From the NCBI RefSeq assembly GCF_001420715.1, contig NZ_LJJC01000006.1, positions 522,770-554,769 of the forward strand: 32,000 nt of DNA, given 5' to 3'. This DNA comes from Heyndrickxia shackletonii. GTDB taxonomy: Bacteria; Bacillota; Bacilli; Bacillales; Bacillaceae_C. Shown piece after piece: positions 12,229 through 20,785 of this stretch. The position numbers and the translations under genes were made by a program. Each line of letters opens with the position of its first letter. Position 1 is the first letter of the stretch. The notes under the pieces are model-generated. The model was not told the origin of the DNA and did no database searches. It saw only the letters and a list, made by a program, of their open reading frames with translations.

Positions 12229-12312
12229 GGATTTAATATTATCCCTTATTTCATCCGGATCTTGCTTTTACAGCCTTAAATATTTGAAAGGGACTTTCAT
12301 ATCAAAAAAAAG

Positions 12313-12342
12313 TTGACATAAATACTTTAAATAGTTAATAAT
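12313..12342 (+). promoter_or_regulatory. Candidate sigma-A promoter of the siderophore-uptake operon
   Basis: Perfect -35 TTGACA (12313-12318), an 18-nt spacer, then AATAAT (12337-12342). Fur box 1 follows immediately downstream. Confidence 0.45.
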
Positions 12343-12346
12343 ATAA

Positions 12347-12370
12347 TTGAAAATGAATCTCAATATCAAT
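12347..12370 (+). promoter_or_regulatory. Fur box 1
   Basis: In ttgaaaatgaatctcaatatcaat, the core GAAAATGAATCTCAATATC matches the classical 19-bp Fur box GATAATGATAATCATTATC at 14/19 positions. Confidence 0.6.
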
Positions 12371-12424
12371 AAGACTGGAAGAGTGAATCCAATTTTGAGG
12401 TATTCATTTTTTTAATAATTATAG

Positions 12425-12448
12425 TTGATAATGAATCTCATTATCATA
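12425..12448 (+). promoter_or_regulatory. Fur box 2
   Basis: In ttgataatgaatctcattatcata, the core GATAATGAATCTCATTATC matches the 19-bp Fur consensus at 16/19 positions. It lies about 55 nt upstream of the permease start. Confidence 0.7.
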
Positions 12449-12501
12449 ATTTGTCTACATAACTCTAATCATCTTCAAAAAGAGAAAAGTAGGTTTTTTA
12501 T

Positions 12502-13452
12502 ATGAAAAAGATAGTTTTAATTATCTTATTTGTTGTATTATCTATCGTTTCCTTATTTGTTGGAGTAAAGGGTATTACACCCTTTGAACTCTTTCATCTA
12601 AATGAGGAACAACAAGATATATTTTTTATTAGCAGGTTCCCTCGATTAATAAGTATTATTATCGCAGGTGTAAGCATGAGTATATGCGGGCTTATCATGC
12701 AGCAGCTTTCCCGCAATAAATTTGTGTCACCGACAACTGCGGGGACAATGGATTCGGCAAGATTAGGAATTCTTGTTTCTCTAATTTTATTTTCCTCTGC
12801 AACCATGCTTACGAAAATCATCATTGCATCGATATTTGCTTTAGTTGGAACTTTCTTGTTTATGAAGATATTAGACAATATTAAGTTCAAGGATGCGATT
12901 TTTATTCCTTTAGTAGGTTTGATGTTCGGAAATATTATTAGTTCCATCACTACCTTTTTCGCTTATAAACATGATTTGATTCAAAGCATCTCAGCCTGGC
13001 TTCAAGGCGATTTTTCCATGGTGATGTCAGGAAGATATGAAATGATCTATATTAGTGTTCCGCTTGTCATCATTGCCTATCTTTTTGCGAACAAATTTAC
13101 CCTTGCAGGAATGGGAGAAGATTTCTCTACTAATCTGGGTTTAAATTACCGACTTGTCGTAAATATTGGATTAATCATCGTTGCGTTGTCCACAGCTGCT
13201 GTTTTACTTACGGTAGGAACCATTCCTTTTCTTGGTTTAATCGTTCCAAACATTGTCTCCCTATACAATGGTGATAACCTGAAAAAAAACTTATTTCAAA
13301 CCGCCTTACTTGGAGCGGACTTCTTGCTGTTTTGCGATATATTAGGCCGTATCATTATTTATCCATACGAAATTCCAATCGGCTTAACAGTAGGAGTAAT
13401 AGGAAGCGCTATTTTCCTTTACTTATTAATAAGGAGAAGGGCTTATGCGTAA
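12502..13452 (+). CDS. yclN: Iron-siderophore ABC transporter permease (FecCD family, YclN-like)
   Basis: 316 aa, polytopic. It is the first of four genes whose sizes (316/315/252/315 aa) closely match B. subtilis YclN/O/P/Q (316/315/252/317 as I recall). Fur boxes lie upstream. Confidence 0.8.
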   Translation: MKKIVLIILFVVLSIVSLFVGVKGITPFELFHLNEEQQDIFFISRFPRLISIIIAGVSMSICGLIMQQLSRNKFVSPTTAGTMDSARLGILVSLILFSSATMLTKIIIASIFALVGTFLFMKILDNIKFKDAIFIPLVGLMFGNIISSITTFFAYKHDLIQSISAWLQGDFSMVMSGRYEMIYISVPLVIIAYLFANKFTLAGMGEDFSTNLGLNYRLVVNIGLIIVALSTAAVLLTVGTIPFLGLIVPNIVSLYNGDNLKKNLFQTALLGADFLLFCDILGRIIIYPYEIPIGLTVGVIGSAIFLYLLIRRRAYA

Positions 13453-14392
13453 TAAAATTAAATTAACTATATTAGCCGCAATTACTATTGCTTTAATTTT
13501 GATCTTTTTGTTTACAGATATCGGAAACTATTGGGAGTATGTGGTGCCGAGGCGGGCAATTAAGATACTGGCAATTATTTTAACAGGTGCTTCCATTGCG
13601 TTTTCAACAGTTGTTTTTCAAACAATCACGAATAACAGAATTCTGACGCCGAGTATTATTGGGCTGGATTCTCTTTATATGTTAATCCAAACCTTTTTAA
13701 TATTTGTATTTGGTGCAACAAGCGGAATCGTCATGAATAAAAATCTTAACTTCCTTATTTGTGTAGTATTAATGATCTTATTTGCAGGGCTTCTATATAA
13801 GTTTCTTTTTAAAAAAGAAGGTAAGAATATTTATTTTCTCCTGCTAGTTGGATTGGTAATGGGAACTTTATTCCAAAGCTTCTCATCCTTTATGCAAGTC
13901 ATTATTGACCCAAATGATTATATGGTCATTCAGGATCGAATGTTTGCAAGCTTCAATAATATTAATACGGATTTATTAACGTTGTCTATCGTATTAATTG
14001 CAATCATTTCCATCTACTTTGTGAAATTTATTAAATATCTTGATGTGCTCTCGCTAGGAAGAGAAGAAGCGATTAATCTCGGGGTTGACTATGATTATGT
14101 TGTGAAAAGACTCTTAATCATTGTTGCAATTCTAATTTCCATTTCCACTGCATTAGTTGGACCAATTACCTTTTTAGGGTTGCTTGTTGCGAATGTATCC
14201 TACCAATTTTTAAATACTTATCGTCATTCTTACTTAATAACGGGTGCAGTTTTTATTAGTATTATTGCACTGGTAGGCGGTTTGTTGATTGTAGAGAGAG
14301 TATTTACATTTTCAACCACTTTGAGTGTGATCATTAATTTTATCGGCGGTGTTTATTTTATCTATTTACTGTTAAGGGGGAGTAAGGCGTGA
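13445..14392 (+). CDS. yclO: Iron-siderophore ABC transporter permease (FecCD family, YclO-like)
   Basis: 315 aa, polytopic. It overlaps the yclN 3' end by 8 nt, and the ATPase gene overlaps its own 3' end by 4 nt. Confidence 0.8.
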   Translation: MRNKIKLTILAAITIALILIFLFTDIGNYWEYVVPRRAIKILAIILTGASIAFSTVVFQTITNNRILTPSIIGLDSLYMLIQTFLIFVFGATSGIVMNKNLNFLICVVLMILFAGLLYKFLFKKEGKNIYFLLLVGLVMGTLFQSFSSFMQVIIDPNDYMVIQDRMFASFNNINTDLLTLSIVLIAIISIYFVKFIKYLDVLSLGREEAINLGVDYDYVVKRLLIIVAILISISTALVGPITFLGLLVANVSYQFLNTYRHSYLITGAVFISIIALVGGLLIVERVFTFSTTLSVIINFIGGVYFIYLLLRGSKA

Positions 14393-15147
14393 TTACAATC
14401 CAAAATGTTTCTAAAAGGTACGGGAATAAAAGTGTAGTAAACGATGTTAATTTAACGATCGAAGAAGGTAAAATTACCTCTTTTATTGGACCTAATGGAG
14501 CGGGAAAGAGTACTCTTTTGTCCATGGTGAGTCGTCTTATTCCAAAAGATTCGGGTGAAATTATAGTAGATGGCAAAGAAATTAGTAAATGGAAGCCAAA
14601 TGAGCTTGCCAAAAAACTTTCTATCTTAAAGCAATCCAATCATATCAATATTCGTTTGACCGTAAGAGAACTCGTTTCTTTTGGGCGTTTTCCTTATTCA
14701 AAAGGGAAATTAACAAAGGAAGACTGGAAATATGTAGACGAGGCAATTACCTATATGGAGCTTGAATCCATCCAAGACAAATTTTTGGATCAGCTAAGCG
14801 GCGGACAGCAGCAAAGGGCATATATTGCCATGGTCATTGCACAGAACACGGAATATATTTTACTGGATGAACCACTAAATAATTTGGATATGAAGCATTC
14901 TGTACAAATTATGAAGGTGTTAAGAAGATTAACGGATGAGTTAGGAAAAACAGTTGTTATTGTTATCCATGATATCAATTTTGCTTCCTGTTATTCCGAT
15001 CATGTCGTTGCTCTTAAAGATGGAACCGTAGTTCAAGATGGACCAACAGAGAATATAATTGATTCGTCTGTCTTAGGCGATATTTATGAAATTGATATTG
15101 CGATTCAAGAAATTAATGAAAATAAAATTTGTGTTTACTATGCATAA
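14389..15147 (+). CDS. yclP: Iron-siderophore ABC transporter ATP-binding protein (YclP-like)
   Basis: Walker A GPNGAGKST, ABC signature LSGGQQQR and Walker B ILLDEP. 252 aa. Confidence 0.88.
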   Translation: MITIQNVSKRYGNKSVVNDVNLTIEEGKITSFIGPNGAGKSTLLSMVSRLIPKDSGEIIVDGKEISKWKPNELAKKLSILKQSNHINIRLTVRELVSFGRFPYSKGKLTKEDWKYVDEAITYMELESIQDKFLDQLSGGQQQRAYIAMVIAQNTEYILLDEPLNNLDMKHSVQIMKVLRRLTDELGKTVVIVIHDINFASCYSDHVVALKDGTVVQDGPTENIIDSSVLGDIYEIDIAIQEINENKICVYYA

Positions 15148-15246
15148 AGAAGTAGTTTTGAAATTTTAGGATATACTTTGTGATGATGCTAATCAAAGAT
15201 AACAGAATGAGCGGAAGGTGCCCGTGTTCTGTTATCACACCTCGTA

Positions 15247-15268
15247 TTGAGAATGAATTTCAATATCA
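15247..15268 (+). promoter_or_regulatory. Fur box 3 (upstream of the binding-protein gene)
   Basis: ttgagaatgaatttcaatatca has the same GA-AATGAAT-TCA-TATC word as boxes 1 and 2. It lies about 57 nt upstream of ATG 15325. Confidence 0.55.
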
Positions 15269-15324
15269 TCTAAATAGCGGTCACAATTAAATAAATAAAT
15301 TTTAATAAAAGAGGGGTAATCATA

Positions 15325-16272
15325 ATGAAAAGAAAATCAATCTTACTTTTTATAATCTCTATGTTTGCCATATTTGCGGCAGCATGTGGTTCTAATAATG
15401 CAGAAAAGAAAACGGTCAGTAAAGAAGATGTGATGGTGATTAAACATCAATTAGGAGAATCTAAAGTAACGAAAAATCCGAAAAAAGTAGTTGTATTTGA
15501 TATGGGAACATTAGATACATTGGATAAACTAGGTCTAGGGGATCGAGTAGCAGGAGTTCCACAAGACAGTATCCCATCTTATCTAAAAAAATATAAAAGC
15601 TCCAAGTATAAAAATGTAGGAACCTTGAAAGAACCTGATTTTGAAGCAGTGAATGCCATTAAGCCAGATTTAATTATTATTTCTGGAAGACAGCAAGATT
15701 CATATGATAAGTTCCAAGAAATTGCCCCAACTATTTTCTTGGGAGTCGACAATAAAAAATATATGGAGTCATTCAAAGAAAACGTAACAACTATTGGTAA
15801 AATATTTGGGAAAGAAAATCAAGTGAAACAAGAACTAACAAATATTGATAACGATATTGCTAGCTTAAAAGAAAAGGCAAATACAAGTGATGCGAAGGCT
15901 TTAATTACGTTAACAACTGGTGGAAAGGTTACTGCATATGGACCAGCCTCAAGATTCGGGTTAATTCACGATGTATTTGGGATTAAAGCATCAACAGCTG
16001 ACCTTAAAGCTGACCCTGTGCACGGACAAAATATTTCAATGGAGTTCATTTTAGAGAAAAACCCTGACATTCTTTACGTTATTGACCGTGACGCTGCCAT
16101 TGGTGAGGGAAATAATGCGAAAGAAGTAATTGAAAATAGTTTAGTGAAGAAAACAAAAGCATATAAAAATGGCAAAATCATTTACCTTGACCCAGGCTAC
16201 TGGTATTTATCAGGCGGAGGATTAGAATCTGTATCTGAAATGGTGAAAGAAGCTGCGAAAGGGTTAGAATAG
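15325..16272 (+). CDS. yclQ: Siderophore (petrobactin-type) substrate-binding lipoprotein, YclQ-like
   Basis: Lipobox FAAACG. Long stretches match B. subtilis YclQ as I remember it: PKNPKKVVVFD.G.LDTLDKLGL, LKEPDF, PDLIIIS.RQ, APTI.LGVD..KYMESFK, YLD...WYLSGGGLES. Confidence 0.85.
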   Translation: MKRKSILLFIISMFAIFAAACGSNNAEKKTVSKEDVMVIKHQLGESKVTKNPKKVVVFDMGTLDTLDKLGLGDRVAGVPQDSIPSYLKKYKSSKYKNVGTLKEPDFEAVNAIKPDLIIISGRQQDSYDKFQEIAPTIFLGVDNKKYMESFKENVTTIGKIFGKENQVKQELTNIDNDIASLKEKANTSDAKALITLTTGGKVTAYGPASRFGLIHDVFGIKASTADLKADPVHGQNISMEFILEKNPDILYVIDRDAAIGEGNNAKEVIENSLVKKTKAYKNGKIIYLDPGYWYLSGGGLESVSEMVKEAAKGLE

Positions 16273-16284
16273 AAATTCGAATTA

Positions 16285-16318
16285 AGGCATCCTTCGTTGG
16301 GTGCCTAATTTTGTTTTG
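16285..16318 (+). terminator. Intrinsic terminator after yclQ
   Basis: Stem aggcatcc (16285-16292) / gggtgcct (16299-16306) with one G-U pair, loop ttcgtt, tail aattttgttttg. Confidence 0.7.
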
Positions 16319-16320
16319 TA

Positions 16321-16540
16321 GTATCGTGTAGCAAGGTTGATGCAAGAGCAAGGGGAAAGAAGGTAGTACAGTTGCCATTGAGGTGAATCGTGCCGGAAAA
16401 TGAGAATGGATTGCGAGAACGGTAACGATCAGGGGCTGAATGTACCCGAAAATGGGCAAGGAACACGGGAACGGTAACAAACAGTGGATAAAAGTGCCTG
16501 ATAATGAATCAACGGAACAATAAAACAGTAATAATTATTG
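16321..16540. repeat. Decaying tandem repeat, period ~53 bp, purine-rich on the plus strand
   Basis: Units 16383-16432 (gtgaatcgtgccggaaaatgagaatggattgcgagaacggtaacgatcag) and 16436-16484 (ctgaatgtacccgaaaatgggcaaggaacacgggaacggtaacaaacag) are about three-quarters identical by hand alignment. Weaker copies flank them on both sides. Neither strand has a convincing ORF. Confidence 0.65.
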
Positions 16541-16879
16541 ATAATTCGCAACCATAAATGAGAAAGGAGGAATTCGGACGAATCTCTTTAAATTTCGATA
16601 ATATTTTACCAATTAATAGTTTAATCAAACGTTTGTTTAAATTACCGAAAACCTAATAACTCACTAGATTTATAGTAATTATGCAGCGCAAGAGATGTTA
16701 AATATTGACGGATAAATAAAGCAACCCATCGAAAAAAATATAACAATTTACAAATTTCAACATGGAAAGTTTTTATCAAACGTTTGATTAAAACTAAAAA
16801 AACATTGTATATAAAACATTTCCCGAGCAATAATGCCTGCAAAAAAGGGAATTTATTGACCAATGAATTAAATAATTTT

Positions 16880-16923
16880 TCGACAAAATGAAAAGGTATC
16901 CGCATTCAAATGTGGATACCTTT
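16880..16923 (-). terminator. Intrinsic terminator of katA
   Basis: On the minus strand, the stem aaaggtatccaca / tgcggataccttt (plus-strand coordinates 16892-16923) is followed by ttttcattttg. It lies directly downstream of the katA stop. Confidence 0.75.
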
Positions 16924-16932
16924 CAAAATATA

Positions 16933-18384
16933 TCAAACTAGTTGTGGTACTGACAATCCGAGACCCTCTGCGATACGAGTACCATATTCAGGGTCAGCTT
17001 TATAGAAATGTGCTATTTGACGAAGTTTAATTTCATCTTTTGTTACTGGCTTCATTGCTTCCACGATATTTTTAACAAGTCTTGTTTTTTCGTCCTTACT
17101 TAATAAACGGTATAGATCGCCAGCTTGTGTATAATGATCATTATGGTCATACGCTACACTATCCGCAACCCCTGAAACAGTGTAGGCAGCTTGCTTATCT
17201 TCTGCAGATTCTTTAGGGCCGCCAAAACTATTTGGTTCATAGTAAACGGAACCGCCGCCATTATTATCAAAACGCATTTGTCCATCACGTTGATAATTAT
17301 TTACCTCATTTCGGGCACGGTTAATCGGTAGTAACTGATGATTAGCTCCAACACGATATCTATGTGCATCGTGATAAGCAAATAAACGTCCTTGCAGCAT
17401 TTTGTCAGGGGAGACATCAATGCCCGGCACTAATGTTCCTGGTGAGAAGGTAGCTTGCTCCACTTCAGCAAAGTAGTTTTCAGGATTTTTGTTCAATACC
17501 ATCCGACCTACTTCAATTAATGGATAATCCTTTTGAGACCAAACCTTTGTCACATCAAATGGATCAAAACGGTACGTATTGACATCTTCTAAAGGCATGA
17601 TTTGAACATAAAGCTTCCATGCAGGGAAATCGCCTTTTTCAATCGCATTATAGAGATCCTCTGTATGATAGTCAGGATTTTCTCCTGCAAGTTTTGAGGC
17701 AACGTCTACTGCCAAGTTCTTCACACCTTGTTCTGTTTTGAAATGGTATTTAATCCAAACACCATCACCATCTGCATTTACCCATTTAAATGTATGACTT
17801 CCATATCCGTGCATATGACGGAAAGTTGCTGGAATACCACGGTCACTCATTAAAATCGTAACCTGATGCAAGGACTCAGGTGATAATGACCAGAAGTCCC
17901 AAACAGCATCTGGGTTCTTTAAGTGTGTAGCAGGATGTCTTTTTTGTGTATGAATGAAATCAGGAAACTTAATTGCATCACGAATGAAGAATACAGGTGT
18001 ATTGTTTCCGACAATGTCATAGTTTCCATCTTCAGTATAAAACTTCACTGCAAATCCACGAGGATCACGTACAGTATCGGCAGATCCATTTTCACCCGCA
18101 ACAGTAGAAAAGCGAATAAATAGTGGAGTCTTTTTCCCTACTTTTGATAAAAACTTTGCCTTTGTGTATTTCGTTACATCATTGGTTACTTCAAAATATC
18201 CGTGTGCCCCTGCACCTTTTGCATGAACAACTCGCTCAGGTACCCTTTCTCTGTTAAAATGGGCAAGTTTCTCAAGTAAATGAACATCCTGTATTAATGT
18301 TGGCCCACGTGATCCAGCGGTCAATGAATTTTGATTATCTCCAACCGGTGCTCCCCAACTAGTAGTAAGTTTATTTGTACTCAT
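16933..18384 (-). CDS. katA: Monofunctional heme catalase (vegetative catalase)
   Basis: 483 aa, the same length as B. subtilis KatA. Catalase signatures are [24 protein letters not shown] and [14 protein letters not shown]. The RBS is AGAGGTGA. Confidence 0.95.
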   Translation of the reverse strand: MSTNKLTTSWGAPVGDNQNSLTAGSRGPTLIQDVHLLEKLAHFNRERVPERVVHAKGAGAHGYFEVTNDVTKYTKAKFLSKVGKKTPLFIRFSTVAGENGSADTVRDPRGFAVKFYTEDGNYDIVGNNTPVFFIRDAIKFPDFIHTQKRHPATHLKNPDAVWDFWSLSPESLHQVTILMSDRGIPATFRHMHGYGSHTFKWVNADGDGVWIKYHFKTEQGVKNLAVDVASKLAGENPDYHTEDLYNAIEKGDFPAWKLYVQIMPLEDVNTYRFDPFDVTKVWSQKDYPLIEVGRMVLNKNPENYFAEVEQATFSPGTLVPGIDVSPDKMLQGRLFAYHDAHRYRVGANHQLLPINRARNEVNNYQRDGQMRFDNNGGGSVYYEPNSFGGPKESAEDKQAAYTVSGVADSVAYDHNDHYTQAGDLYRLLSKDEKTRLVKNIVEAMKPVTKDEIKLRQIAHFYKADPEYGTRIAEGLGLSVPQLV

Positions 18385-18422
18385 GTTAAAATCACCTCTT
18401 CAGATTTTTATAGCTTACTATC

Positions 18423-18450
18423 ATTATAACTATAATAAATTAAAAATCAA
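18423..18450 (-). promoter_or_regulatory. Candidate katA sigma-A promoter with an overlapping PerR box
   Basis: On the minus strand, TTGATT (plus 18445-18450), a 16-nt spacer and TATAAT (plus 18423-18428). TTATAACTATAATAA at 18424-18438 matches the PerR box TTATAATNATTATAA at 12 of the 14 specified positions. A second, weaker AT-palindrome lies at 18459-18473. Confidence 0.55.
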
Positions 18451-18665
18451 TATTTATTTAAAATAATTATAAACAAATATTAATTGTAAGTATAAAGACT
18501 TAATAAAGATAGGGGTTGACCTCCTATATATTTATTAAGCTTGTAATCAAAATATGATTCGAAAATGAAATTTGTAGTTGAAAAAATAGTTCATTTATTG
18601 ATAATACCCATAATTTTTTTGTGCGTAACATTTTTTATTTTTTTCGATTCCGCATTTTATAGAAA

Positions 18666-18674
18666 TGGTATAAT
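18666..18674 (+). promoter_or_regulatory. Candidate extended -10 promoter for the plus-strand islet operon
   Basis: TGgTATAAT lies about 38 nt upstream of the TTG at 18712. There is no good -35. Confidence 0.4.
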
Positions 18675-18711
18675 TTTTAAAAGACTTAGATATTGAGTGA
18701 GGTGAAATCAT

Positions 18712-19310
18712 TTGTTTGATCAATCTCCTTTTCAATGTAGGATGGAATGGGGCGCACGAGGTGCAAGAGAAGCGGCAGAACGGAATCGGTGAAGCTTGGT
18801 AATCCAACCCTTTCACCTGTTACCTTCAATCAAACTCACAAACACAAAAAATATGTTTTATGTTCTTTGAATGGTGCTCTTTGCTCATGGGTTGCCGCGA
18901 AAGTTCCTGCGCTCTTAATTGGCAGCCTATTGAATGCCTCCTCCGTCGCGACTTACGCTAGTAAGCTACAATCACAAACTAATACGGATATTACAGTAAT
19001 CTCATGTGGAGAGCAGTGGGAAGATGTTTTCGATAGGGAAAATAAGCTGCGGCCTGCTATGGAGGATTATTTAGGGGCAGGGGCTATTTTATCTAAACTA
19101 AATGGAGAGAAATCTCCAGAGGCTGAGCTTTGTGCAAGTGCTTTTAAAAGTGTTGAAGAAAGAGTGCAAGATCTCATTTGGGATTGTGGAAGTGGAAGGG
19201 AATTAAGATTAAAGGGCTTTGAAAAAGATGTTCTCCATGCTGCTCAGATAGATGCTTTTAAGAATGTTCCTATTTTAACAGATTCCTATTTTATTAATGC
19301 AGAGGTGTAG
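18712..19310 (+). pseudogene. 2-Phosphosulfolactate phosphatase (ComB) family gene, disrupted by an internal deletion and frameshift
   Basis: Frame 1: RBS GAGTGAGGTGA, then TTG 18712 gives LFDQSPFQCRMEWGARGAREAAERNR with stop TGA 18790-18792. The homology continues in frame 3 (track ORF 18747..19310) from KLGNPTLSPVTF...LNGALCS...GSLLNASSVA...ISCGEQW...LRPAMEDYLGAGAILSKL...SPEAELCASAF...GSGRELRLKGFEKDVLHAAQIDAF..VPIL. The DVLSFST-type segment expected after AAER in intact family members is missing. Confidence 0.6.
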
Positions 19311-20169
19311 GGTGGAATCGATTATAAAAGAATTGATTAAAAAAGGAATTATTGATAAAAATGTTTTAGATTTTAAGCTTTTTAATGGCGGAACATCCAG
19401 TCAAATAGGCTGCCTTCGGATGGAGGATGGCAAAAAAATTGTGGTGAAGTCTAATGTACCGAAAGTTTTAGAGGCAGAAATCTACTTTTTGAATTTTTAT
19501 CAAGACGTTTCTCTTTTCCCAAAAATTATTTATGCAGATCCAGCATTTAAATATATTTTGTACACATATGTTGAGGGAGAGATGTCTGGAGACTTTCAAA
19601 GAAAAGATGCATTAAAGGATTTAGTTCATAAGGTTATTAACCATTACAAACCGGCAGAAACCCATAATATTTGGGGATTGATGGAGGAGCCTGTTAGTTC
19701 GTGGCAGGATTTTCTTTCAGCGGAGGTAGAGGTTGCGGATGAACGACTGTCCGCTATATTAAGCAAAGAGGATTATCGTCTTATTAAGTCTTTCGTTATG
19801 AATTCTAATCGAAATGAATTGGACACTCCTTATTTGCTTCATGGTGATTGTGGAGTTCATAATTTTTTATTTAAAAATAGTAACTTAATTGGAGTAATTG
19901 ACCCGACTCCGATTATAGGTATGCCTATTTACGATTTAGTTTTTGCTTTTTGCTCCTCACCAATTGATTTATCTTGGGAAACGATAACAGAAGCAGCAGA
20001 GGAATTAAAATTTCCGATTATGGAAGAGAATTTGATTAAAGAAGTGATGATTGGATTATATATTCGTATTTCAAGATGCGTAGCCTATCATCCGAATGAT
20101 TTACCTATGTACTTAAAAGCATGGAGTGAATGGAAAGAAATATTAAAGCGAAAAGGTGGAACATGCTGA
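19297..20169 (+). CDS. Phosphotransferase of the APH/choline-kinase (kinase-like fold) family, substrate unknown
   Basis: Gly-rich loop FNGGTSSQ, Lys in IVVKS, catalytic loop LLHGDCGVHNFLF and Mg-binding VIDPTP. The start is uncertain: ATG 19297 overlaps the upstream pseudogene, and in-frame GTG 19312 follows GAGGTG. Confidence 0.75.
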   Translation: MQRCRVESIIKELIKKGIIDKNVLDFKLFNGGTSSQIGCLRMEDGKKIVVKSNVPKVLEAEIYFLNFYQDVSLFPKIIYADPAFKYILYTYVEGEMSGDFQRKDALKDLVHKVINHYKPAETHNIWGLMEEPVSSWQDFLSAEVEVADERLSAILSKEDYRLIKSFVMNSNRNELDTPYLLHGDCGVHNFLFKNSNLIGVIDPTPIIGMPIYDLVFAFCSSPIDLSWETITEAAEELKFPIMEENLIKEVMIGLYIRISRCVAYHPNDLPMYLKAWSEWKEILKRKGGTC

Positions 20170-20774
20170 TGAATAACCTATTTGAAAAGCAACCAGTATT
20201 AGACCACAAACAATTGAGGTTATTACCGATGGAGGAAGTGCATGTAAAGGATTTGTTTGATATTAATGATCCGAGTGTATGGAATTATATGCTGCTGCAA
20301 GTGGATACTCTTGAAAAGATGCAAAATTGGGTCCATGCTGCATTGACGGGAAAAGTACATAACCAAATTTTACCTTATGTTGTACAGTTGAAGGAAACTG
20401 GAAAAATCGTAGGGACGACTCGAATTTATGGATTGGATTTTCAGAATCGTTCCTGTGAAATAGGATCAACCTGGTATGCACCTGAATTTCAAAGAAGCTT
20501 TGTTAACACAGCGTGTAAACTAACCCTGTTCCAATTTTGCTTTGAAGAACTTAACATGATCCGGGTACAGCTCAAAACCGATGAACGAAATGTACGATCC
20601 CAAAAAGCTATTGAAAGAATAGGGGCCAAAAAGGAAGGGATTCTGCGTAACGAAAGAATTTTAGAAAATGGATATATTAGAAATGCATGTGTATATTCCA
20701 TTACTGCGGAGGAATGGCCAGGTGTGAAGAAGGGGTTGTTGGAGAAAGAGAAGTACTACGAAACACGATTATAG
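20163..20774 (+). CDS. GNAT family N-acetyltransferase (RimJ/RimL-like, Acetyltransf_3 type)
   Basis: LRLLPMEEVHVKDLF..., then IVGTTRIYGLDFQNRSCEIGSTWYAPEFQRSFVNTACKLTLFQFCFEELNMIRVQLKTDERNVRSQKAIERIGAKKEGILRN is a typical GNAT core. The track start 20130 is probably too far upstream. ATG 20163 and ATG 20169 are both candidates, and 20169 overlaps the kinase stop as TGATG. Confidence 0.8.
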   Translation: MLMNNLFEKQPVLDHKQLRLLPMEEVHVKDLFDINDPSVWNYMLLQVDTLEKMQNWVHAALTGKVHNQILPYVVQLKETGKIVGTTRIYGLDFQNRSCEIGSTWYAPEFQRSFVNTACKLTLFQFCFEELNMIRVQLKTDERNVRSQKAIERIGAKKEGILRNERILENGYIRNACVYSITAEEWPGVKKGLLEKEKYYETRL

Positions 20775-20785
20775 GGAGAATTTAA

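Noticed and set aside
16178-16480. 100-aa minus-strand ORF spanning the tandem repeat and the yclQ 3' end
   Set aside because: It runs through the yclQ terminator and into yclQ coding sequence. It has no RBS, and its sequence merely reflects the repeat.
16321-16540. Possibility that the tandem repeat is a CRISPR array
   Set aside because: The units are directly adjacent with no unique spacers, are only about three-quarters identical, are not palindromic, and no cas genes are present.
16642-16905. 87-aa minus-strand ORF in the AT-rich gap downstream of katA
   Set aside because: Its ATG lies inside the katA terminator hairpin with no properly spaced RBS. The F/L/K/I-rich composition is what a random AT-rich frame gives.
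18595-18816. 73-aa minus-strand ORF across the katA / islet divergent promoter region
   Set aside because: It overlaps the pseudogene 5' end and the promoter region. It has no RBS and no recognisable features.
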